From positions 8,327-72,326 of the forward strand of contig SHWZ01000005.1 of NCBI GenBank assembly GCA_009693575.1: a stretch of 64,000 nt of DNA. The letters run 5' to 3'. Position numbers and translations under genes: made by a program. This DNA is from Flavobacteriaceae bacterium. GTDB lineage: Bacteria; Bacteroidota; Bacteroidia; UKL13-3. The notes under the pieces were generated by a model. It searched no databases. It was not told the origin of the DNA and worked only from the letters and a program-made list of their open reading frames with translations. Shown piece after piece: positions 30,137 to 40,455 of this stretch. Every line of letters starts with the position of its first letter. Position 1 is the first letter of the stretch.

Positions 30137-31475
30137 GATTTCCCACGAAGTGTTTTTGGTAAAAATGTGCGAGCCCCTTCAACTCATTTTGGTTTCGACG
30201 GGGAAGATTCTCAACCTTTGAAAGTGCTTCAGTAAGGTGCTTAAACCTTAGTTCCATCTTTTCTTTGTCGAAGCTGGCATAAAGCGGCACTGCCTCCACT
30301 TGCTCTAGCTGCGAATACGGTTGACCGTTTAGCAAACCAATACTGAGTTTTAGTTTTAGATAAACAGGTAGATGCCCCCAAGTGAATATATCGTAGGCAA
30401 CAAAATCGCCCAACGAATAGATGGCAAATCCTTTTTTCTGCCTGCCAGTGCTTTGGTCTGCAAAAGTGTATGTTTCCATTGGCTGTATATTATGGGGGTG
30501 GCTGCCCAAAATAATGTCGGGGCCACACTCATCGAACACCCGATGAAACAAATCAACGATATGCGAAGAAGGGTAGGCTTGGTATGCGTTTCCGCAGTGT
30601 AGCGATATTGCCGTAAAAGCAGCTCCTCGCTCTTTTGCTAAGCGGCATTGCTCTTTGAGCAAGGTCAAATCGCATCCGGGGGTGTTCAATGGAAGGTGGT
30701 TCGTAAGCCAAGGCTTGTGTTTGGGATTTATTTCTCTGTTAAGAGAGTAAGTATAGCTTAGAAAAGCTGTGCGGATTCCATTTCTTTCCAAAATGGGAAA
30801 GCTATGCAAATCCGTTTCAGTCAATGCTGCTCCGCAGTGGGCTATTTTTTTCTCATCCAAAAATGCAAGGGTATCGGCCAACCCCGTTTCCCCCATATCA
30901 AGCGAATGATTGTTGGCCACACTTAGCACATCGAAGCCACTGTAGTTTCCATTTCCATTGAAGATATTAAACATCTCTTCTGAACCATTGAAGTACATAT
31001 GATATAGCATCATCTCTGGGACTGCCTGCTGCTTTTTGCTTGTCACAATAGGGGTTTCCAAGTTAGCAGTCACTATGTCTGCTCCAAAAAAATCCTTGCC
31101 CACCTCATCCCAAAGATGCTTGGCTGTATTGGCATTGATGAGTTTATAGGGCATCAGGTCGCCACCTGCATGAAGTGTGATTGAGTTGATTGCTACAAAA
31201 CCTTCAGGCATGTGAAAATCCAAATCCTGCTCGGCGAAATACGTCTCGGCATCAAAGCCCTTGCTACCAGTGTTGTGTGGGTTTTGGTAATATTTGTAGC
31301 CAAGGTAGATCACTCCGTGTGCACCCATACTGCGTGGGTCTTCCTCAAAATCGCGAACTGGAAATTTCCATTTGCCCCAATGCAGCCATCCCAGAAATCG
31401 ATAGATTGCAGCCAATATGGGAATAGTTAAATAGCCTACCCAAGTAACTCCTTTTGCCGCCTTAGGCTTTTTCAT
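30120..31475 (-). CDS. CapA family (PGA_cap) metallophosphoesterase-like protein
   Basis: GGDLM, NLETP, ANNHSLD, GSHPH and YSLGDF motifs. Confidence 0.9.
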   Translation of the reverse strand: MKKPKAAKGVTWVGYLTIPILAAIYRFLGWLHWGKWKFPVRDFEEDPRSMGAHGVIYLGYKYYQNPHNTGSKGFDAETYFAEQDLDFHMPEGFVAINSITLHAGGDLMPYKLINANTAKHLWDEVGKDFFGADIVTANLETPIVTSKKQQAVPEMMLYHMYFNGSEEMFNIFNGNGNYSGFDVLSVANNHSLDMGETGLADTLAFLDEKKIAHCGAALTETDLHSFPILERNGIRTAFLSYTYSLNREINPKHKPWLTNHLPLNTPGCDLTLLKEQCRLAKERGAAFTAISLHCGNAYQAYPSSHIVDLFHRVFDECGPDIILGSHPHNIQPMETYTFADQSTGRQKKGFAIYSLGDFVAYDIFTWGHLPVYLKLKLSIGLLNGQPYSQLEQVEAVPLYASFDKEKMELRFKHLTEALSKVENLPRRNQNELKGLAHFYQKHFVGNLNATS

Positions 31476-31523
31476 TCTGCCGCAAAATAATGCTGAAAAA
31501 GGATTGCATCAAAGCAATCACCT

Positions 31524-32597
31524 TCAAATCTTCACCCGCATGGCCACACTCAGGCTGGCACTCCACAGGTGTTCTTTCAATAGTTGCTTGTTGGGATAGC
31601 TGTTGGTAAGGCTGCAGTGGAACTCAGGGCCGGCCAGCAGTTCTACTTTGCCAAATTGCATTTTCATTCGGGGATTGAATATAGCTGATACTTGCATCAA
31701 AGGTTTACGGCGATTGTCGCTATAGGGAGCGTAGTTATCAGCTAAGGGTGACTTTTCTGCCAGCATCACTGCGGGCAAAAGCCCCTGCCGTAGTTCCAGT
31801 TTGGCTTTTCCAATATTCAATTTGTAATCAGCCAATAGCGGCACTTCTAAGCGGTAACTAGCATATTGACCTAGTTTGGTGTTGCTGCCAGCCTTGTGTA
31901 TATCGCTCGTGTAAATAGTGTATCCATATTTGCTCAACAAAAGCCCTGTGGTAATATTCCAATTTTTGCTCACTTGTTTGCTCACCATAGCTCCCACAGA
32001 AACGAAAGTGGCAGGCCTTTGTTTTAGCATCGAAAGTTGGGAGGTGTTGGAATAGGTTTGCACATTACTGCCAACAAAAATGGTTCGGTGAGATATGCCC
32101 ATACTGCCAAACATTTCCAAGGTTAGATTCTTTCTAGGGCATCCTTCCCTGGGCTTATCGCAAGTAGGTGTTGGTTTATTTTTGAGAAATCCAGCTTCCA
32201 TTTTTGGTGCTGATAGGGGCAGCATTACTATTTGCAAAGGCCTCGGCATAGGCTCCATGGCTGGAAGAGGAAATGCTTTTTCGGAAAGTACTATCGAAGG
32301 TTGGGTTACTGATTTATTTTCAGCAAAAAAAACTAGTTTTACCTCTGCTACTATCTCAGCGTTTGCCAACTGCCTATTTACTCGTATTTCCTTGCTTGCA
32401 GTTTCGTTTGGGTTAAGATATTTGCCCACGAACATCAACAACACAAATACTGATGCAAAAGCACCCCATTGAAACATCCTACCCCTTTGCTCGATGCTAT
32501 GCAGGGCTGATGCCAGAGCATTCCATGAGTCTGAGCTAGTTTTTAGCTCAAAATCTTTAGCTGCTTTTTTGAGTATATTTTCAGTCGTGCTTTTCAC
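31524..32597 (-). CDS. Anti-sigma-like membrane protein with C-terminal OM beta-barrel-like domain
   Basis: N-terminal helix ENILKKAAKDFELKTSSDSWNAL, one TM, a Pro-rich linker and a PorT-like barrel (YRLEVPLLADY); lies downstream of an ECF sigma. Confidence 0.65.
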   Translation of the reverse strand: MKSTTENILKKAAKDFELKTSSDSWNALASALHSIEQRGRMFQWGAFASVFVLLMFVGKYLNPNETASKEIRVNRQLANAEIVAEVKLVFFAENKSVTQPSIVLSEKAFPLPAMEPMPRPLQIVMLPLSAPKMEAGFLKNKPTPTCDKPREGCPRKNLTLEMFGSMGISHRTIFVGSNVQTYSNTSQLSMLKQRPATFVSVGAMVSKQVSKNWNITTGLLLSKYGYTIYTSDIHKAGSNTKLGQYASYRLEVPLLADYKLNIGKAKLELRQGLLPAVMLAEKSPLADNYAPYSDNRRKPLMQVSAIFNPRMKMQFGKVELLAGPEFHCSLTNSYPNKQLLKEHLWSASLSVAMRVKI

Positions 32598-32736
32598 TGT
32601 CCTGGTTTTCTATTTGCCCTTTATTTTCAGATTCTTCTTCCCACCCTTTCTCGGGCTTGGCCTCCACCGATTTGCCGACTGCTTCCAATAGTTCGTCAAA
32701 CTGGTCACGCTCGTCCATGCTGGGCTGGTTTTTCAT
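32581..32736 (-). CDS. Small acidic 51-aa protein (anti-sigma N-terminal-like)
   Basis: MKNQPSMDERDQFDELLEAVGKSVEAKPEKGWEEESENKGQIENQDSEKHD*; ATGA overlap with the sigma stop; below the track size cut-off. Confidence 0.55.
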   Translation of the reverse strand: MKNQPSMDERDQFDELLEAVGKSVEAKPEKGWEEESENKGQIENQDSEKHD

Positions 32737-33353
32737 TTAAGGATTGTTACGGTTTCGAGTGCTATTTCATGTAGTCTTCCTTTGGCGGCTATTAGTCGGG
32801 CCATTAACATTCTGGCACGGGTATAATAGTTGCGGATGGTATGTTCTTCAAGCCTCAATAACGATGCTATTTCCTCATGGTGTTTTCCCTCGATGCTGTA
32901 CAGATTGAGCACCACCCGATAAGCCGCTGGAAGCGACACAATCATCTCTACAATATCGCTGCTGTGCAGTCCCGAGTCAGTTTCTATGTCTTCAAAGTAG
33001 CTTTCTGCCAGCACAGGTTCAGGGTATTCTTCAAAGGCCAAGTCAGCCTTAGCCCACCGCACAATATTGCTTAGCATGGTGGCCGACAGCCAATCTTGAA
33101 AATGCCCTTGAAAACGGTAAAGCTGAATTTTAGAAAATGCCTCAACAAAACCTTGCTGCATCAGCTCCTCCGCTTTTTGTAGCCCACCGGTGTAGCGATA
33201 ACAAAGCCCCAACATCTTGGAGGAGTATGCCTCAAACAATGCCTGCTGCGATGGCCGATGACCATCAAGGCAGCGGCGGATACGTTCCTGTTCTAACCTT
33301 GTAGCTGCGTCTCTCAACTCTGACTCAGCATAGAATTCCTGCTTTTGTTTCAT
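32733..33353 (-). CDS. ECF-type RNA polymerase sigma factor (divergent)
   Basis: SQQALFEAYSSKMLGLCYRY and LPAAYRVVLNLYSIEGKHHEEIA motifs. Confidence 0.9.
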   Translation of the reverse strand: MKQKQEFYAESELRDAATRLEQERIRRCLDGHRPSQQALFEAYSSKMLGLCYRYTGGLQKAEELMQQGFVEAFSKIQLYRFQGHFQDWLSATMLSNIVRWAKADLAFEEYPEPVLAESYFEDIETDSGLHSSDIVEMIVSLPAAYRVVLNLYSIEGKHHEEIASLLRLEEHTIRNYYTRARMLMARLIAAKGRLHEIALETVTILK

Positions 33354-33364
33354 TTGATAAGTAT

Positions 33365-33389
33365 GACGTAGAAATGTTGCAGAGCGTTA
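33365..33389 (-). promoter_or_regulatory. Putative ECF autoregulatory promoter
   Basis: Minus strand TAAC-N17-CGTC, ending about 11 bp before the sigma ATG. Confidence 0.5.
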
Positions 33390-33579
33390 GTTGGTTTATT
33401 TAATTTGGGTAGGCAAATATAAGTAAAAACTAAGAATCAAACCCGATGGTTTTTTATTCTGTACATACCTCTTTAATCAATTGATAATTTTAAGTTAACC
33501 ATTAATCAAATGCATAAATTGTTTCATAGTTCAAGAAAAGAAATAACATACGAGAATAAATCAAATTCTCTGAATTCAA

Positions 33580-35925
33580 CTACTCCCCATCAAACTCCAC
33601 CAACTGGCTGCCGAGTTCCTTTTTCATGTTCACAATTTTTTCGAGGCTTAGTAGCAATGCTGGCAGCAAAATGAGGTTCATGAACATGCCAATGAACAAG
33701 GTGATGGAGGTGAGCAGTCCTAGTGCTTGTGTGCCTCCAAAGGTGCTGAACACAAAGATGACAAAGCCACAAAAAAGAATGACGGAAGTATAAACAATAC
33801 TCACCCCGCTTTCGATAATGCTATCTTTCACTGCAGGGCCTATTTTCCAATTGTTCTTCTTCAGGAAGTAGCGGTATTTGGCCAAGAAATGGATAGTAAA
33901 GTCTATACTGATGCCATAGGTGATACTGAAAATGATGATGGTGCTTGGCTTCAAGTTGATGTCGCCAAAGCCCATGATGCCAAGTGTGATGATGAGTGGG
34001 ATGATGTTTGGCACAAGAGAAATCAACACCATACGCCAACTAAAAAACAGGAATGCCATGAGTATACTGTTGATGAGGAGTGCCAGTACCATACTGGTTG
34101 TGAGGTTGCTGATGAGGTAAGAGTTTCCTTTGAGGAATATCAGGCTTGTTCCTGTTAGTTTTACTTCAAACTTCTCAAATGGGAATATGCTGTCTGCTCT
34201 CGCCTGTATTATTTTGCGTAGCTTCTCGGTTTCCACACTACCTATATCAGCCATTTGCACACTTATCCGAGCAACTTTGTAGTTGCTGTCAACGAGCCCC
34301 TTCAACATGTTATTCTTCTGTCCTTTCTTTGGTCGCATGAAGGTTTGCAGGGCTATAAATTCATCACTGCTGGGCAGCACATAGCTTTCAGGGTCGTAGC
34401 TGTGAAGAGCTTGACTGCTGAACTTTATCATTTCCAACAGACTCACTGGTTTGCTGAATTGCGGATACTCGGAAAGCACCTTGCTCAGGTCGTCCATTTT
34501 TTGTAGGTTGGGAAGGCTGCGAAAAGCACCTTTCTTTTTTGCTTCTATCTGCACCTCGAATGGCATCACTCCATGGAAATGTTTTTCAAAGAATTTTAGG
34601 TCGGTAAATACTTTTTCTCGCTTGGGCACATCATCAAGTATGTAGCCAATGTTTTTTACTTTGGTGAAACCCCAAAAACCCAGCCCCATAAGCACAAACG
34701 TAATGACATAGATGGCAGGGCGTTGATTGATAACCATGCGATGACACCATTGTGTAAAGAAGCCAAGTCGTTCGTTTTTTAGGTGTTTTAGTTGCTTGGG
34801 GTTAGGCGGTGGAAGGTAGCTAAATACGATTGGCAAGAAGAGGGCAGAAACCGCATATACAACCATGATATTGATACTGGAAATAATCGAGAATTCATCT
34901 AACAAGGAACTACCCGTAAAATTGAATACTCCGAAGCCAACAGCCGTGGTAACATTGGTAAGAAACAATGCCAATCCGTTTTTACTGGTGACCCGTGTGA
35001 GGGCTAAAATTTTGTTGCCGTGTGCTGCATATTCCATATGGTATACGTTCAGCAAATAGATACAGTTTTGTATGCCAATAATCACAATGAGCGGAGGAAC
35101 CAATCCTATCAACACAGAAATCTTGTAGCCCAGTAATGCGGTAGTTCCTAACGTGAATATCACACCAAGGATAACTACAATGATGGAATAGAACACCGCC
35201 ACAAACGAGCGGAAGAAAAACCACATAATAAGGCTGGTGATAAATATACTTATGAAGGTGAACGTGAGCAGTTCGTTTCTGATTTTAACCGCATATACCG
35301 TACGTATGTATGGCAGTCCGCTAAAGCATACTTCTTCACCGTGTTTTTTGGCAAATTCGTTGGCCATTTTTTCGATATCCCCCACCAAACCAATGCGTTC
35401 TTTTGTATCTAACTTTTGCTTGCTCAAGGTCACGCCCATCAGGGTCACATTGGCCGAATCGTTCAACAACAAACCTTTGTAAAATCCCAGCCCTGTTATC
35501 ACAGACTTCATGCTGTCAAGCTCATGCTGGTTTTCCGGTTCACGGTCAAAAAGCGGATTGACAACAAAGCGTTCCTCGGCTTCGTTGCGGTCTATCTTAT
35601 ACATCTGGGCGATGCTTACCACTTTCTCTACTCCTTCGGTAGCTTGCAACTTTTGCGATAACTCATACCACTCATTAAAAAAATCAAGTTGCCACAGTTT
35701 TTCGCTTTTAACCCCAAGCACCAGCACCGAACCATCCTCGCCAAACCGCTGCTTGAACGCCATGTAATCCACATAGTCGCTATCGTTTTTGGGGATGACC
35801 TTGGCAAAATCGTAGCTGAGCCCTATACGTGTGCTTTGCCATATCATTAGCAAGGTGAAAGCAGGCAATGAAATGAGCACCCAAAACCGTTGTCGCAGCA
35901 TAAATCCTGCTATCTTAGACCACAT
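33580..35925 (-). CDS. MMPL/RND family transporter
   Basis: Duplicated TM bundles with SGLPYIR, TGTSLIF and GISIDFTIHFL; start MWSK at 35925. Confidence 0.93.
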   Translation of the reverse strand: MWSKIAGFMLRQRFWVLISLPAFTLLMIWQSTRIGLSYDFAKVIPKNDSDYVDYMAFKQRFGEDGSVLVLGVKSEKLWQLDFFNEWYELSQKLQATEGVEKVVSIAQMYKIDRNEAEERFVVNPLFDREPENQHELDSMKSVITGLGFYKGLLLNDSANVTLMGVTLSKQKLDTKERIGLVGDIEKMANEFAKKHGEEVCFSGLPYIRTVYAVKIRNELLTFTFISIFITSLIMWFFFRSFVAVFYSIIVVILGVIFTLGTTALLGYKISVLIGLVPPLIVIIGIQNCIYLLNVYHMEYAAHGNKILALTRVTSKNGLALFLTNVTTAVGFGVFNFTGSSLLDEFSIISSINIMVVYAVSALFLPIVFSYLPPPNPKQLKHLKNERLGFFTQWCHRMVINQRPAIYVITFVLMGLGFWGFTKVKNIGYILDDVPKREKVFTDLKFFEKHFHGVMPFEVQIEAKKKGAFRSLPNLQKMDDLSKVLSEYPQFSKPVSLLEMIKFSSQALHSYDPESYVLPSSDEFIALQTFMRPKKGQKNNMLKGLVDSNYKVARISVQMADIGSVETEKLRKIIQARADSIFPFEKFEVKLTGTSLIFLKGNSYLISNLTTSMVLALLINSILMAFLFFSWRMVLISLVPNIIPLIITLGIMGFGDINLKPSTIIIFSITYGISIDFTIHFLAKYRYFLKKNNWKIGPAVKDSIIESGVSIVYTSVILFCGFVIFVFSTFGGTQALGLLTSITLFIGMFMNLILLPALLLSLEKIVNMKKELGSQLVEFDGE

Positions 35926-35962
35926 AAACTTTTTTATTTTGCGGGCAAAGGTATGGGGCGGG

Positions 35963-35994
35963 TGATTCGTTAATTTGTTGATTCGTTGGTTGGC
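35963..35994. repeat. Degenerate octamer tandem repeat
   Basis: TGATTCGT TAATTTGT TGATTCGT TGGTTGGC. Confidence 0.5.
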
Positions 35995-36137
35995 AACCGA
36001 TTGAGTAGTATCGTCCACTTTTGTTTCAAGTTTGATTGCAATAAATCACTAATCCACAGCCCTGTTGATATTAACTTATTACATACCAACTTGAGGTCAT
36101 TATTCAGTAGCTACATTGCAGCCCTAATCATAATTTT

Positions 36138-36608
36138 ATGTGGCAAAAATTTAATGGCGAAAACCTATCGGACAACATACTGCTAGAGGTGGAAGACACA
36201 CTAAAAGCGGAAGAAGCACGAGGGCATAAACTCAAAGTGTGCATTGGAACTGATAGTCAAGTGAAGGGAGCAATCATAGAGTTTGCTACAGTGATAGTGT
36301 TCGTAAGAGAGCAGCGGGGTGGTTTTATGTTTATACACCATGAGAAAACCCGAAGTGGTATGGGCATCAAAGAACGGATGATTACCGAGGTAGCCAAAAG
36401 CATTGATGTCGCCTATCAACTTTGCAATCTACTGGATCATTACCATGTTGACTTGGAGGTGCATGCCGACATAAATACAAACCCGTATTTCAAGAGCCAC
36501 TCTGCTCTGAGCGAGGCCATGGGCTATATTCTGAGCATGGGTTTCGTTTTCAAGGCCAAGCCCGATGCTTTTGCTAGTAGCTATTGTGCTGATAAGGTTG
36601 TGCATTGA
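36138..36608 (+). CDS. RNase H-like YkuK (DUF458) family protein
   Basis: CIGTDSQ, EVHADIN and KPDAFASSYCAD motifs. Confidence 0.88.
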   Translation: MWQKFNGENLSDNILLEVEDTLKAEEARGHKLKVCIGTDSQVKGAIIEFATVIVFVREQRGGFMFIHHEKTRSGMGIKERMITEVAKSIDVAYQLCNLLDHYHVDLEVHADINTNPYFKSHSALSEAMGYILSMGFVFKAKPDAFASSYCADKVVH

Positions 36609-36696
36609 TGGCTTTCCCGAAATTGATCGGGGCAGGCTCTATAAGCTTTACATCGCTTACTCAGTTTAACAACTTTCCCGCCTCTATTTTTGCCCA

Positions 36697-37398
36697 ATGG
36701 ACAAAAGAATAGCAAACGCTGATGAGGCTGTGAAAGATATACATAATGGAATGACCGTGATGCTTGGTGGTTTTGGACTTTGTGGTATACCCGAAAACTG
36801 CATAACCGCTTTAGTAAAGTCAGGAGTAAAAGGATTGACTTGCATTAGCAACAATGCTGGAGTAGATGATTTCGGCATTGGCTTGATGCTGCAACAAAGA
36901 CAAGTGAAGAAAATGATAAGCAGCTATGTGGGGGAAAATGCAGAGTTTGAACGCCAACTGATGAGCGGAGAACTAGAGGTGGAACTAATACCGCAAGGCA
37001 CATTGGCCACCCGCTGCTGGATGGGTGGAGCAGGCATCCCCGCATTCTATACACCAGCAGGAGTAGGCACTGAAGTAGCAGAGGGAAAAGAGCAAAGAAA
37101 CTTCCATGGCAAAGAATACTTAATGGAGCAATGGTTGCGAGCTGATTTCTCCATAGTGAAGGCTTGGAAAGGTGACACTCATGGCAACTTAATATACAAA
37201 GAAACGGCAAGAAATTTTAATCCTATGATGGCGATGGCAGGAAAAATAACCATAGCCGAAGTGGAGGAACTATTGCCAGCGGGTGCACTTGATCCAAACC
37301 AAATACACACCCCTGGTATTTTCGTGCACCGAATTTTTCAAGGAAAGAACTACGAAAAACGAATTGAACAAATAACCGTACGAAAAAAGGGGCAGTGA
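36697..37398 (+). CDS. scoA: 3-oxoacid CoA-transferase subunit A
   Basis: [17 protein letters not shown] and ARNFNP motifs. Confidence 0.93.
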   Translation: MDKRIANADEAVKDIHNGMTVMLGGFGLCGIPENCITALVKSGVKGLTCISNNAGVDDFGIGLMLQQRQVKKMISSYVGENAEFERQLMSGELEVELIPQGTLATRCWMGGAGIPAFYTPAGVGTEVAEGKEQRNFHGKEYLMEQWLRADFSIVKAWKGDTHGNLIYKETARNFNPMMAMAGKITIAEVEELLPAGALDPNQIHTPGIFVHRIFQGKNYEKRIEQITVRKKGQ

Positions 37399-37414
37399 AA
37401 CACCGACCCTTTTT
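37383..37414. terminator. Possible bidirectional terminator
   Basis: AAAAAAGGGG..GTG-AAA-CAC..CCCTTTTT hairpin between convergent genes. Confidence 0.5.
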
Positions 37415-37435
37415 AGAAATTTTGAAGCAATAGAA

Positions 37436-37918
37436 TTATTGTTTGGTCATTTCGAGCAGTTTGATGTTTAAGCCACCTACTTGGTCGGGACCGGCATCTC
37501 TTACCGCAATAGTACTACCACCGTATGTCCATGTTTGCTTGGTAGCTGTATTGGTACTGGCTATCCAAGTTACAGGGCCTTCTGTTCCGCATGTAGTTGT
37601 TACAGATGTCAAATCATTAAGCCAAGTAATGGGTCCAGTTACAATATACGTTTGAGCTGCTGGAGCCGCCAAGTCAAATTTAACTGTGATGGTGCCAGTA
37701 AGAACGTCATCTACTTTGTTCAGAACTACTGTTCCTGAACTGTTATTATTTTCATTCACCGTAATTCTTGTAGACGATCCTGTGGGTATCAAATCAGATG
37801 AAATTTTGTCAATCTTCCAAGTTCCTACCAGCATTTCTGTCTGTTTTTTAAGGTCGGAAGTACAGCCACTAAGCAGTAAAACAGTAGCAACGAATAGGGT
37901 TAGTGATAATTTTTTCAT
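37436..37918 (-). CDS. Lipoprotein with lipocalin-like fold
   Basis: Lipobox LLSGC and LVGTWKI motif. Confidence 0.8.
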   Translation of the reverse strand: MKKLSLTLFVATVLLLSGCTSDLKKQTEMLVGTWKIDKISSDLIPTGSSTRITVNENNNSSGTVVLNKVDDVLTGTITVKFDLAAPAAQTYIVTGPITWLNDLTSVTTTCGTEGPVTWIASTNTATKQTWTYGGSTIAVRDAGPDQVGGLNIKLLEMTKQ

Positions 37919-37981
37919 TTGGAGTATTTGGGGTTTAGTTGAATCACAAATAACGGGCATTTTGTGCAAAGGCAAAAAAAA

Positions 37982-38656
37982 TTATCCTACGAGAATCAAA
38001 AACAAATAAGCTGCTGGAGCTGTAAAAAACAATGCATCAAACCGGTCGAGAAAACCACCATGACCTGGAAGCAAAGTGCCGCTGTCCTTCACGCCAGCCA
38101 ATCGTTTAAGCTTGCTTTCAAAGAGGTCTCCACAAGTGGCGGCAATGCTTATTACAGCTCCGAAAAAAAGATAACTTATTTCTATATCTCCAAGTTTCCA
38201 ATAGCTGTAGAATCCACCCATTGCTACGGCACATAGAAAACCTCCAATTGTTCCTTCCCACGTTTTCTTGGGCGATAGCTTTGGTACAAATGGGGTGCGG
38301 CCAAGCCATCTGCCTGTGAGGTAAGCGAAGGTGTCGTTGGTCCAGGTAAGCACGAGTACTAGAATAGGCAAATCGGGAGAAAAGTCACCCTTATAATCAA
38401 AACCACCGGAAATAAACCCCAAGTTAAAAAACATCAGTAATGGCAGTGAAGTATAGACCAAACCACCCAAAGCTTTTAGCCACCTTATCGAGCCTGTTTT
38501 GTCAAACACAAATAGCTTGCAAAATTCCCAATAACTAAACCCAAACACAAGTAGGCAAAGTGGCCACAACGACCACTCGTGCAGGCTGCACCATAGCATT
38601 ACTATTACAAATACAAAACCCGTGAGGGCACGCTGAGCAAAATTGTTGAGAACCAT
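37982..38656 (-). CDS. cdsA: Phosphatidate cytidylyltransferase
   Basis: SPKKTWEG, GDLFESKLKR and KDSG..LPGHGGFLDRFD motifs. Confidence 0.96.
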   Translation of the reverse strand: MVLNNFAQRALTGFVFVIVMLWCSLHEWSLWPLCLLVFGFSYWEFCKLFVFDKTGSIRWLKALGGLVYTSLPLLMFFNLGFISGGFDYKGDFSPDLPILVLVLTWTNDTFAYLTGRWLGRTPFVPKLSPKKTWEGTIGGFLCAVAMGGFYSYWKLGDIEISYLFFGAVISIAATCGDLFESKLKRLAGVKDSGTLLPGHGGFLDRFDALFFTAPAAYLFLILVG

Positions 38657-38692
38657 TCGGGGGCAAAGGTCTTTGATTAGTATTATTTTTCG

Positions 38693-39520
38693 TTAGCTTA
38701 AAAGTATATTGTCAATCAGCCGAACGCTTGGCAATTTTACGGCCACCAGCAATACCGTTGGCCATTCCCAAGTTGTTGCAGGCTTCAAATCCGTTGTATC
38801 CACTATGGCTGCATACTCCACGACCATACCTGCATTCCCCAACTCTTTTGTAGCCCATTGTCCAAGCATTTCCGGGCTCAGGGTTTCCTTTTTTATCGTA
38901 GCCGTTGAAAGGGTTTTGTATATGTTGGAGGCAGTTTTTCGTTCCTCAGCACTCAGGCGGATATTGCGGGAACTCATGGCCAGTCCATCATCTTCACGCA
39001 CAATGTCGCACATCCTGAAACTGATTTTCATGTCAAAATTCCGCATCATCTTGCGAATCACACTGCATTGCTGAAAGTCCTTTTGCCCAAAGAAAACATG
39101 GGTTGGCCGCACAGCATCGAACAATTTTTTTACCACAGTCACCACCCCTTGAAAATGGCCGGGCCGGATTGCTCCTTCCCACAGGGCATCCAGTCCGCCA
39201 AGGTCGGTTTGCAGCAGTTCATCCGTTTTGTAAAGGTCATCATATTCCGGCAAAAACAGGGCATCACAACCCGCTTGCAACAGCAGTTCGATATCACTCC
39301 CAATTGGTCGGGGGTATTTGGCCAAATCAGCCGGGTCGTTGAATTGGGTTGGGTTCACAAAAATGCTGCAAACCGTCAGCTCGCATTCCCGCTTCGATTG
39401 CTCAATCAACGAAATATGCCCACGATGCAATGCTCCCATGGTGGGTACAAAACCAATGCAGACCTTTCCTTGCCGTGAAATCCAGTTCCTTAAATCACTT
39501 TGCTTTTTGAAAATTAACAT
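38693..39520 (-). CDS. panC: Pantoate--beta-alanine ligase
   Basis: VPTMGALHRGH, RPGHF, FGQKDFQQ and RLIDN motifs. Confidence 0.98.
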   Translation of the reverse strand: MLIFKKQSDLRNWISRQGKVCIGFVPTMGALHRGHISLIEQSKRECELTVCSIFVNPTQFNDPADLAKYPRPIGSDIELLLQAGCDALFLPEYDDLYKTDELLQTDLGGLDALWEGAIRPGHFQGVVTVVKKLFDAVRPTHVFFGQKDFQQCSVIRKMMRNFDMKISFRMCDIVREDDGLAMSSRNIRLSAEERKTASNIYKTLSTATIKKETLSPEMLGQWATKELGNAGMVVEYAAIVDTTDLKPATTWEWPTVLLVAVKLPSVRLIDNILLS

Positions 39521-39559
39521 ACGTATGACAATACATTACAACATTTTCATATTACCAAT

Positions 39560-40453
39560 TCACTTATCCATATATCCAAACTCCTTCAGCATCCGGTCAT
39601 TTTCCCGCCAGTTTTCTTTCACTTTCACAAAAGTCTTTAGAAATATTTTCTTGCCAAAAAATTTCTCCATCTCCAAGCGGGAGGCTGTCCCAAGCCGTTT
39701 TAGTCTTTCCCCTCCTTTGCCTATGATGATGGGTTTCTGGCTTTCGCGGATAATGTATATTTCGGCTTCAATACGTAGGATTGTTGGCTCATCTTTGAAC
39801 GATGTAATACCAACTTCCACCGTGTAGGGAACTTCCTCTTGGTATTGCAGCAATATCTTTTCACGGATGATTTCGGCAGCTATAAACCGTTCGGATTTAT
39901 CAGTCAGTTGTTCCTTGTCAAAATAGGCGGGGCCTTCTGGCAGAAGCGATTTTACCAAGTCAAGCAAGGCCGTGATATTGAACTTTGACAACACCGAAAG
40001 TGGCACCACATAGTTAGCTCCCAAGCTGGCTTTAATTATATCAAGCATCTCTTGGGTCTGCTCTTGGGTCAGTTGGTCCACTTTGTTCAGCACCACGATG
40101 GTGGGCACTTTGCTGGCAAATACCTTCTCTGAATATTCATCAGGTTCCCAGGGTGCAACCGCATCTATCATATATACAAATACGTCAGCATCTTCGTAAC
40201 TTTCTTTTACAAAGTTCATCATCTTTTCGTGTAGCTTATGCGATGGTACAATTGTACCGGGAGTATCCGAAAACACTATCTGAAAATCGTCGCCACTCAA
40301 TATCCCTTTGATGCGGTGTCGTGTCGTTTGGGCCTTGTGTGTGATGATGCTTATACGTTCACCAAGCAAGGCATTTATCAACGAAGATTTTCCAGCATTG
40401 GGCTTACCAATGATAGATACATAACCTGAACGATGGGTGATAGTTGTTTCCAT
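39560..40453 (-). CDS. era: GTPase Era
   Basis: GKPNAGKS, QTTR, DTPG, NKVD and KH-domain IIGKGG motifs. Confidence 0.98.
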   Translation of the reverse strand: METTITHRSGYVSIIGKPNAGKSSLINALLGERISIITHKAQTTRHRIKGILSGDDFQIVFSDTPGTIVPSHKLHEKMMNFVKESYEDADVFVYMIDAVAPWEPDEYSEKVFASKVPTIVVLNKVDQLTQEQTQEMLDIIKASLGANYVVPLSVLSKFNITALLDLVKSLLPEGPAYFDKEQLTDKSERFIAAEIIREKILLQYQEEVPYTVEVGITSFKDEPTILRIEAEIYIIRESQKPIIIGKGGERLKRLGTASRLEMEKFFGKKIFLKTFVKVKENWRENDRMLKEFGYMDK

Positions 40454-40455
40454 GT

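Noticed and set aside
36609-36696. Hairpin CCCGA-AATTGA-TCGGG as a possible tRNA or ncRNA
   Set aside because: Too short, with no cloverleaf or T-loop motif.
36697-37398. scoA without adjacent scoB (likewise gldG without gldF)
   Set aside because: Unlinked partner genes are common in Bacteroidota, so this is uninformative without the whole genome.
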